This document shows, piece after piece, positions 57,003-64,000 of a stretch of 64,000 nucleotides of DNA. Source of the stretch: Candidatus Gottesmanbacteria bacterium (GTDB lineage Bacteria; Patescibacteriota; Microgenomatia; UBA10105; UBA927); contig JAHFKN010000001.1 of the NCBI GenBank assembly GCA_023245355.1, positions 203,528-267,527 of the forward strand, written 5' to 3'. Position numbers and translations under genes: made by a program. Below the pieces are notes generated by a model. The model worked only from the letters and a program-made list of their open reading frames with translations, had not been told where the DNA came from and did no database searches. The stretch's first letter is position 1, and the number at the start of each line of letters is the position of its first letter.

Positions 57003-57185
57003 TTATTTCTTTTGCCAAACGTACCCCGCTACTGCAAACAGCAGTATGCCAAACACTGTGTGCACCGTATGATAAGGGGGCAAACCGATCGACTCATGAT
57101 TTAACGGGAACGGCGCGGTGTGAAAAAGTGCAAAATACACCCCGAGCAGGACAAGAATAGATACTGTGATTGTTTTTTTATTCAT
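57003..57185 (-). CDS. Small two-TM membrane protein
   Basis: MNKKTITVSILVLLGVYFALF...FGILLFAVAGYVWQKK. Confidence 0.35.
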   Translation of the reverse strand: MNKKTITVSILVLLGVYFALFHTAPFPLNHESIGLPPYHTVHTVFGILLFAVAGYVWQKK

Positions 57186-57313
57186 ATAACTCCCATCTTG
57201 TTTCAGTATAAGGAATGCGTCGTACAACTGCAATCGACCCTGAACCCCCCCCAGTAGCCGCGAAGAAGGGAAAGGAACCATTTTCCCCTCCCTTACTTCA
57301 CCATAATCGACGT

Positions 57314-57916
<603 letters not shown>

Positions 57917-57965
57917 TCATGTCAAATATTTGGTATTTTTCGGCGGGGTAGACACCTTAACCGAA

Positions 57966-58673
57966 TTATTTGTGTACCAACTGCCCAAGAATTAAATTCG
58001 TGCCCTTTCCGCTTGGACCACGCAGATGCCAGACGTTCCATCCTAATGCGGCCATGCGGTCTTCTATATCCGGCATTCCTATTACTCCTCTCGATCTTGT
58101 TCCGCGGAATATTGCGCCCGGTTTGGCTATCCGCGTAAGCTCAGCGACCGCGGAATCGACATTTCCGTATTTTCCGATGCCCATATCCGAAAGAAACGCG
58201 TTCACCGTATTATCGCCTAATTTAAAATGTCGCCAATCTTCCTGCCGGAACTGCAGATTCTTTTCATTATGTTTGGGAAACGGTATCTCTTTTCCTAATT
58301 CGTAATCGACAGCCAATATCTGAGTTCTCCTGTTTGCCCGTGCCATTCCCAATGCAGCACTGCCGCCTCCACACCCCAAATCCATCAGTGTCGTATTTGG
58401 TTTAAAAAATTCCCGGATTCCTAGCAACGGTGTGTTCCTTGTAACAAGTTCTGAATGACTTGCATCTGGATCAAAAGCTGTGTCTGCAGGAGTATGCCAA
58501 TATTGAAACTCTTTCCAATTCTTCTGGTGTGAAAGTCGTTTTAATAACGCGAACGGGGATAATGCCTGCACATCATCAAAGAACAATCGATGTTTATACG
58601 TGTCCCACGACCTGCTCCAAATCTCTATCCCTTCATGACTTTGACCTATCGCGCCTTGTGCTTCTGATACCAT
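57966..58673 (-). CDS. Class I SAM-dependent methyltransferase
   Basis: LMDLGCGGGSAALGMA (motif I). Confidence 0.55.
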   Translation of the reverse strand: MVSEAQGAIGQSHEGIEIWSRSWDTYKHRLFFDDVQALSPFALLKRLSHQKNWKEFQYWHTPADTAFDPDASHSELVTRNTPLLGIREFFKPNTTLMDLGCGGGSAALGMARANRRTQILAVDYELGKEIPFPKHNEKNLQFRQEDWRHFKLGDNTVNAFLSDMGIGKYGNVDSAVAELTRIAKPGAIFRGTRSRGVIGMPDIEDRMAALGWNVWHLRGPSGKGTNLILGQLVHK

Positions 58674-58772
58674 AGGACAAAGATATCAATAACGAACCGT
58701 TCCGTCTATTGCCCCTTTAACACTAGAGAAGCTAGCTAAATGAATCATGTGTAAATCGAAGCTAACTTGCCC

Positions 58773-59948
58773 TTAACTCCGCTGTCTTAGGAATGCGGGG
58801 ATATCGAATTCATCCTCTTCCGGCGGCGCTTCATCCGCAGGAGGTGTGAATGTAGCCGGAGGCTGCTGCTTTATAGGCTGCTCAATCGGTACCGGGGGGG
58901 CTGACGGCCGGGTAAACGATGCTGCTCCCCGCGGATATGCGTAGCGCGGATCGGTGGATGCCGGTTTACCCGTCAACTCGCGGAGACGTTTTTTCGTCTC
59001 GTCAAATCCTGTCGCAATCACAGTAATTTTGATCTGATCAACGAGTTTCTCATCGATGATAGCGCCGAAAATTATGTTGGCATCGGGATCGACGGCAGAC
59101 GAAATCAGTTTAGCCGCTTCATCGACTTCGGCCATCGTCAGGTCATTGCCTCCGATTATATTAAACAAGACACCTTTGGCTCCCTCGATCGTGGTTTCCA
59201 ACAGCGGAGACGCTACCGCGGTACGGGCTGCAGTAGCCGCCCTGTTTTCTCCCACACCGGTACCGATTCCCATGAGCGCGCTTCCGGCATTTGTCATGAT
59301 CGCCCGCACGTCAGCAAAGTCCACGTTGATAAGCCCAGGCATCGTGATAAGGTCGGAAATACCCTGCACGCCCTGCCCCAGTACGGAATCGGTTACCCGG
59401 AATGCTTCTACCAGCGTCATTTTTTTGTCGATAACTTCCAGTAACCGCTGATTCGGGATGACGATAAGCGTATCCACTTTGTCTTTGAGATTGGCAATTC
59501 CCTCTTCGGCAGATACCATGCGGCGCGTGCCCTCGAAATGGAACGGCTTTGTGACGACTGCCACGGTAAGGGCTCCCAACTCTTTGGCAATCTCGGCAAA
59601 TACGGGAGTTGCCCCGGTGCCGGTTCCGCCGCCTTCTCCGCAGGTGAGAAATACCATATCGCTATCGCGCATGTATTCGGCGATTTTTTCCCGGGATTCT
59701 TCTGCCGCCTGGCGCCCGACATCCGGACTTCCGCCCGCGCCCAATCCACGGGTCAGATTTTCACCGATCTGAATTTTATTCTGCGCCTGCGACAAAAGGA
59801 GTGCCTGTGCATCGGTGTTGACGGAGATGAAATCCACGCCGTTGATCTGGTTGTTGATGATCATGGAGTTTACGGCATTACTGCCGCCGCCGCCGATACC
59901 GACAACTTTTATTTTGGCAAACCGTGCTAAGTCAGGTTTAATGAGCAT
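58773..59948 (-). CDS. ftsZ: Cell division GTPase FtsZ
   Basis: [17 protein letters not shown] and the tubulin signature GGTGTGA. Confidence 0.9.
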   Translation of the reverse strand: MLIKPDLARFAKIKVVGIGGGGSNAVNSMIINNQINGVDFISVNTDAQALLLSQAQNKIQIGENLTRGLGAGGSPDVGRQAAEESREKIAEYMRDSDMVFLTCGEGGGTGTGATPVFAEIAKELGALTVAVVTKPFHFEGTRRMVSAEEGIANLKDKVDTLIVIPNQRLLEVIDKKMTLVEAFRVTDSVLGQGVQGISDLITMPGLINVDFADVRAIMTNAGSALMGIGTGVGENRAATAARTAVASPLLETTIEGAKGVLFNIIGGNDLTMAEVDEAAKLISSAVDPDANIIFGAIIDEKLVDQIKITVIATGFDETKKRLRELTGKPASTDPRYAYPRGAASFTRPSAPPVPIEQPIKQQPPATFTPPADEAPPEEDEFDIPAFLRQRS

Positions 59949-60007
59949 AGATAAAAAGAATATGTAATGATTCCATCAGGGGCAAGTCTGAGGGGGGCGG
60001 GTATTTG

Positions 60008-61306
60008 TCAGGGCAAGAATGACTTTACCAGATCGACCAGCTTTCCGGCAAGTCCTTTCACTTGTGCAGAACTTCCTATCTTTCCGAAACCGGATAACAA
60101 CGAGCCTGATGATTCACTTTTACCCGTCGTATTCCCCCAAAGCAATAGTCCGACTCCGGTCGCATACGACGGCGTCATGATTTCGTCGATCAGTCCCGTA
60201 ATCCGCTGCGGCATGCCGATATGCACCGGCATGGCCAGATTTCGGCGCGCTGCCTCAACTGCACCGACCGTGAGCGAACCTCCTCCGGTCATCACGACAC
60301 CCGACGGCGTCATGCCGCCGAAGCCGCTGCGTTTAATTTCCAGTCCCACCATGGTGAAAATTTCGTTTAACCGCGGTTTTATGATGCCCTCAATCAGAGT
60401 TTTCCGGGAAATAGTGCGCATTCCCTCCGGCAATCCCAAATCCGATACGTCGATTTCGTCGTCTTTGTCGCCTTTACCTTTCGGCTTGTCTTCGTCTCCC
60501 GTGATCGGCGCTTTCGGAAGTAACCCCAACCGCAGTTTAATTTTTTCCGCGCTTTCCAGGGAAACACGCAGGCCGGCTGCCAAATCTTTGGTGATGTTGA
60601 TCGCTCCTACCGGAATAACGGACGAATACGACAGTGCGCCCTCGACAAAAATCGCGACATCGGTCGTTCCTCCGCCGATATCGACCAATACGACACCGAG
60701 CTCCCGTTCCGTATCGGAAAGAGTGGCTGTCGCCGATGCCAGACCGCTGAATGCAATCCCTGCTACTTCCACACCCAACTCACTCACACATTTGTGAAGA
60801 TTCCGTATCGCTGTCGCTCCTCCGGTCACAAGATGTGTCTCTACCTCCAGCCGGACGCCGCCCATACCTACAGGGTCTACAATCCCTTCCTGGCCGTCTA
60901 CGCTGTAGCCGCGCGGCAGCACATGAAGAATTTCGCGCGAAGTGGGAAGCTGCACTGCTTTGGCAGCATCAATCACCCGTTTGACGTCGGATGCGACGAT
61001 TTCTTTTTCCGGCTCCGAAACGGCAACTACCCCGTGGGAATTGAGCGATGCGATATGGGAACCTCCGATGCTGACAAACGCCTGTGCGACAGACGCGCCT
61101 GCCATGCGTTCCGCAGCTTCCAATGACGCGGATATCGCTTCTGTGGCTTCTTCGATATTTACGACCTGGCTCTTCCGGAGTCCGCGGCTGGGAGATGAGG
61201 ATACGCCGATGATACGGGCGTCACCTTCTTCAGAAATTGTAGCTATCAGCGTTACAATTTTGGAGGAACCGATGTCAATTGCGGAGAGGATTCTATCGCG
61301 TGCCAT
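60008..61306 (-). CDS. ftsA: Cell division protein FtsA
   Basis: Actin-fold phosphate-1 AIDIGSSKIVTLIA and VLVDIGGGTTDVAIF. Confidence 0.85.
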   Translation of the reverse strand: MARDRILSAIDIGSSKIVTLIATISEEGDARIIGVSSSPSRGLRKSQVVNIEEATEAISASLEAAERMAGASVAQAFVSIGGSHIASLNSHGVVAVSEPEKEIVASDVKRVIDAAKAVQLPTSREILHVLPRGYSVDGQEGIVDPVGMGGVRLEVETHLVTGGATAIRNLHKCVSELGVEVAGIAFSGLASATATLSDTERELGVVLVDIGGGTTDVAIFVEGALSYSSVIPVGAINITKDLAAGLRVSLESAEKIKLRLGLLPKAPITGDEDKPKGKGDKDDEIDVSDLGLPEGMRTISRKTLIEGIIKPRLNEIFTMVGLEIKRSGFGGMTPSGVVMTGGGSLTVGAVEAARRNLAMPVHIGMPQRITGLIDEIMTPSYATGVGLLLWGNTTGKSESSGSLLSGFGKIGSSAQVKGLAGKLVDLVKSFLP

Positions 61307-61325
61307 AAAGAGCTTTCTGGTGTTA

Positions 61326-62027
61326 TTAGTTTGTGATGATCGGCTTCTCATGCCGCAGATCAATCACAGTGGGCAGTGTACCTTTTATTCTAAACCCCTC
61401 TACAATTGTTTGTAAAGTATCTGCTTTCACGCTCATGTCGCCGATTTGAGGAAGAAATATGTTTGTATGTCCGCTTATGGCCTGTATGGATAGGCTATCC
61501 CGCTCAAAAATACGGGAAACCGGAGGCGATCCGTTCAGCTGTTTTATAAAAGCGAGAGCGGATAATACGCCCGGATGCCGTACCGTGCCGCCGATAGAAA
61601 GGATCCCGGCCCGGAATTCCAGCGTGGGATACCCCTGGGCGTCGGATACCCCTCCCAATACCAATCCGCGTTCGTCGAGTGCATATACATTCCCCTCGCT
61701 TCTCAGCACCGCAAACACATTTCTTCTGACCAGATGAACGATAAGTGTATCGGGATAGCGCTTCTCAAACCGCACATCGGCAAGTAACGGATAATTATTG
61801 AGGAGGTCAGCCCGCAGTTTATCCGTGGGCAAAAACAACAAATTTTTTCCGATTTTGGTCTTGTCCAGCTCTATACTCATGAGCGGCGCATCCACGATGA
61901 CGTCTTTTATGGTAAACACGCGGACGACGAGCAGAGCAAAAACAGCAGCCAGCAGAACAATCCCGATAACTCCGGCGGCAATCCTGAGCATTCGTCTTAT
62001 CGTATATGCGTGGAGTCGTGATGCCAT
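61326..62027 (-). CDS. ftsQ: Cell division protein FtsQ/DivIB (POTRA)
   Basis: Single N-terminal TM, then VRVFTIKDVIVD... POTRA-like domain. Position between murG and ftsA. Confidence 0.6.
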   Translation of the reverse strand: MASRLHAYTIRRMLRIAAGVIGIVLLAAVFALLVVRVFTIKDVIVDAPLMSIELDKTKIGKNLLFLPTDKLRADLLNNYPLLADVRFEKRYPDTLIVHLVRRNVFAVLRSEGNVYALDERGLVLGGVSDAQGYPTLEFRAGILSIGGTVRHPGVLSALAFIKQLNGSPPVSRIFERDSLSIQAISGHTNIFLPQIGDMSVKADTLQTIVEGFRIKGTLPTVIDLRHEKPIITN

Positions 62028-62036
62028 TGAATTGTA

Positions 62037-63167
62037 TTACCCGTTCAGCACGTCAGAAATCACACGGACAAAACGCGCTGCCCCGTCGTGCGGAATGGTT
62101 TTAGCAAACAGCGTAGCTTTTTTAGTCCGTTCCGGTAATTCGTCTGTCAGCGTACGGATATTCCGTACCAATGAAGACTCGTTGAAGTGCTGCTGTTCCA
62201 ATATCAGCGCAGAGCCTGCGGCTTCCAATATTTTTGCGTTGTAATACTGCTCATTTCCGGCGGCCCACGGCAGCGGAATAAACAATGCGACTTTCCCGGA
62301 AACGGCAACTTCGGTTACGGTATTGGCTCCTGACCGACCGGCAATCACAGATGCATGATGCAACAGATAACTGTATGCGTCCGTCGATACGAACGGCACC
62401 GGGATATACCGCGCACGCACCGACACGTCCAGCTCTTTTTTCATATCGTCCGCCCGGGCGACGGAAATCCTTCCTACCTGATGCACTACCGTAAATGTTG
62501 TCACAAGCTGCGGCAACGCCCGGAATACGACGTCATTTATACTGGTCGATCCGGTATTGCCTCCCACGATAAACAAAAGCGGCAATGAAGTATCCAGCGC
62601 AAACGGAGATTTTTTCGGAGGATGAAGTACTTCTTTCCGGATGGGAAGCCCGGTTACCGTCACATCGGCTTTTCGGGGAAATCCCGAAACCGTATCGGGA
62701 AACGTCACGCATAGTTTCGTCGTCACACGCGCGATCATACGGTTGGCCAGTCCCGGCCGGGTCGTCTGCTCATGTGTGACTGTCGGGATCCCCGTCACCC
62801 ACGCTGCCAATACGACCGGCAATCCGACATACCCCCCGAACGAAACGACGACGGACGGTTTTTCCCGATATATGTGCCACAGCGCCTGAATACATCCCAC
62901 GGGAATTTTGAAAAATGCGGTTACGGCAGCAAGGCCGCCTTCACGCTTCAGTCGTCCTGCCGTAATGGAAATAAATTTGATGCCCATTCCTGTAATCAGC
63001 CGGTATTCTTCCGAATGCGTATCCTGCCCTTCAAGAGCAATTTTCCGGCCGGCAAATACGATGGTCCACGCAGGAAACAGATTTTGTATTTCCTCTATCG
63101 TGGCCAGTGCCGGCGTGATATGTCCGCCGGTCATCAGAATCTTTATATGAGGATCTGTTGTTTTCAT
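62037..63167 (-). CDS. murG: Undecaprenyl-PP-MurNAc-pentapeptide-UDPGlcNAc GlcNAc transferase
   Basis: ILMTGGHITPALA N-terminal G-loop, GT-B C-terminus (FIVGGNTGSTSIND), and position in the division/cell-wall cluster. Confidence 0.7.
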   Translation of the reverse strand: MKTTDPHIKILMTGGHITPALATIEEIQNLFPAWTIVFAGRKIALEGQDTHSEEYRLITGMGIKFISITAGRLKREGGLAAVTAFFKIPVGCIQALWHIYREKPSVVVSFGGYVGLPVVLAAWVTGIPTVTHEQTTRPGLANRMIARVTTKLCVTFPDTVSGFPRKADVTVTGLPIRKEVLHPPKKSPFALDTSLPLLFIVGGNTGSTSINDVVFRALPQLVTTFTVVHQVGRISVARADDMKKELDVSVRARYIPVPFVSTDAYSYLLHHASVIAGRSGANTVTEVAVSGKVALFIPLPWAAGNEQYYNAKILEAAGSALILEQQHFNESSLVRNIRTLTDELPERTKKATLFAKTIPHDGAARFVRVISDVLNG

Positions 63168-64000
63168 GTATTTTTTTTGCTGATGTTATATACAATTCCT
63201 AACGCGCCCAACGTAATGACCAGGTTTGATCCGCCGTACGAGATAAGCGGCAGCGGTACTCCGGTAAGCGGCAGCAATGCCACCATGGACCCGATATTGA
63301 TAAGCGTCTGTGCGCCGATCCATGACCCGATGCCAAGCGCCAGCATTTTTCCGAACGGCTCATTGACTCTGCGCGCAATTTTAAAACAGCGCCATACCAG
63401 AAACAAAAACAGCAAAATCACAATCGCCGCCCCGACAAATCCCGTTTCTTCTCCTAATATAGCAAATATGGAATCCGTATTTGCTTCCGGCAGATATTCG
63501 TACTTCTGACGCGACTTCCCCAGTCCCACACCGAACAGGCCGCCGCTCCCCAGCGCGAGAATCACCTGCCGGATCTGATACGAAGATCCGAGAGGATCCG
63601 CATCGGGATTTAAAAACGTGAGTACTCTACGCATCCTATACGGGTGCGAGATGGCAAGCCCGCCAACCCCCAAAAGCAACACGGGCAATAGCATCACAAA
63701 ATGCATAATCGGAGCTCCTGAGAGAAAATACAGCGCGACGGCCGTCACCAGAATCGTCACGGCAGTTCCCAAATCCGGCTCTATAACGACGAGGCCTACC
63801 ACCATACCGATAAGCAATACAAATGCGAGCAGTCTGCCCCGTTCTTTTGTGGAAAACCACGCAGACAGATAAATTACCATCGTGAGTTTAGCCAGTTCCG
63901 CAGGCTGCACGATAAAAATTCCGAAGTTCAGCCACCGGTGCGCCCCGAGCGCCCGCACGCCGAATCCCGGGATAAATACAGCAAGGAGCAATACGAGGGT
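63164..64000 (-). CDS. ftsW: FtsW (SEDS), C-terminal part; the N-terminus lies beyond the window end
   Basis: ...GLGKSRQKYEYLPEANTDSIFAILGEETGF... SEDS loop. The ORF is open to the window edge. Confidence 0.75.
   Translation of the reverse strand, partial: TLVLLLAVFIPGFGVRALGAHRWLNFGIFIVQPAELAKLTMVIYLSAWFSTKERGRLLAFVLLIGMVVGLVVIEPDLGTAVTILVTAVALYFLSGAPIMHFVMLLPVLLLGVGGLAISHPYRMRRVLTFLNPDADPLGSSYQIRQVILALGSGGLFGVGLGKSRQKYEYLPEANTDSIFAILGEETGFVGAAIVILLFLFLVWRCFKIARRVNEPFGKMLALGIGSWIGAQTLINIGSMVALLPLTGVPLPLISYGGSNLVITLGALGIVYNISKKNT

Overview
The window splits into two blocks of different composition. Positions 1 to about 31,300 are AT-rich (by eye; no GC values were computed), carry strong AGGAGGTGA ribosome-binding sites, and look like a tailed-phage or prophage genome. 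The block starts mid-gene with the C-terminus of a DNA methyltransferase, so the phage continues upstream of the window. I saw no integrase and no attachment repeats. Its gene order is: small terminase candidate, large terminase, an inserted cassette (ECF sigma factor, membrane anti-sigma candidate, a secreted paralog of the anti-sigma ectodomain, three more secreted proteins), portal, a second inserted region (cupin, GNAT acetyltransferase, and a tandem T-box leader driving an SHMT-like gene, an unknown ORF and glycyl-tRNA synthetase), small proteins, acidic scaffold, major capsid, SAP-domain protein, a KH-domain protein, an amidase carrying a triplicated unknown domain, tail proteins including a repeat-rich fibre, a ~1,430-aa virion protein, a papain-like peptidase with holin-like proteins, and an AbrB-family regulator on the opposite strand at the edge. 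From about 31,600 to the end the DNA is GC-rich and reads as bacterial chromosome. It encodes a Ca/Na antiporter, MltG, an rRNA methyltransferase, tRNA-Thr, a ten-gene cell-envelope glycosylation locus that contains an AT-rich island of its own, a thermonuclease, tRNA-Val, signal peptidase I, ParB, L27, an RNA methyltransferase, L21, a SEDS protein, isoleucyl-tRNA synthetase behind a T-box leader, a collagen-like repeat protein, and the ftsZ-ftsA-ftsQ-murG-ftsW end of the division cluster. The most unusual items are the phage-borne sigma/anti-sigma/secreted-paralog module, the tandem T-box controlling glycine genes inside the virion-gene block, a conserved palindromic box plus hairpin found before both structural-gene blocks, and the triplicated domain fused to the amidase. 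Every call rests on motif recognition by eye; nothing was searched against a database.
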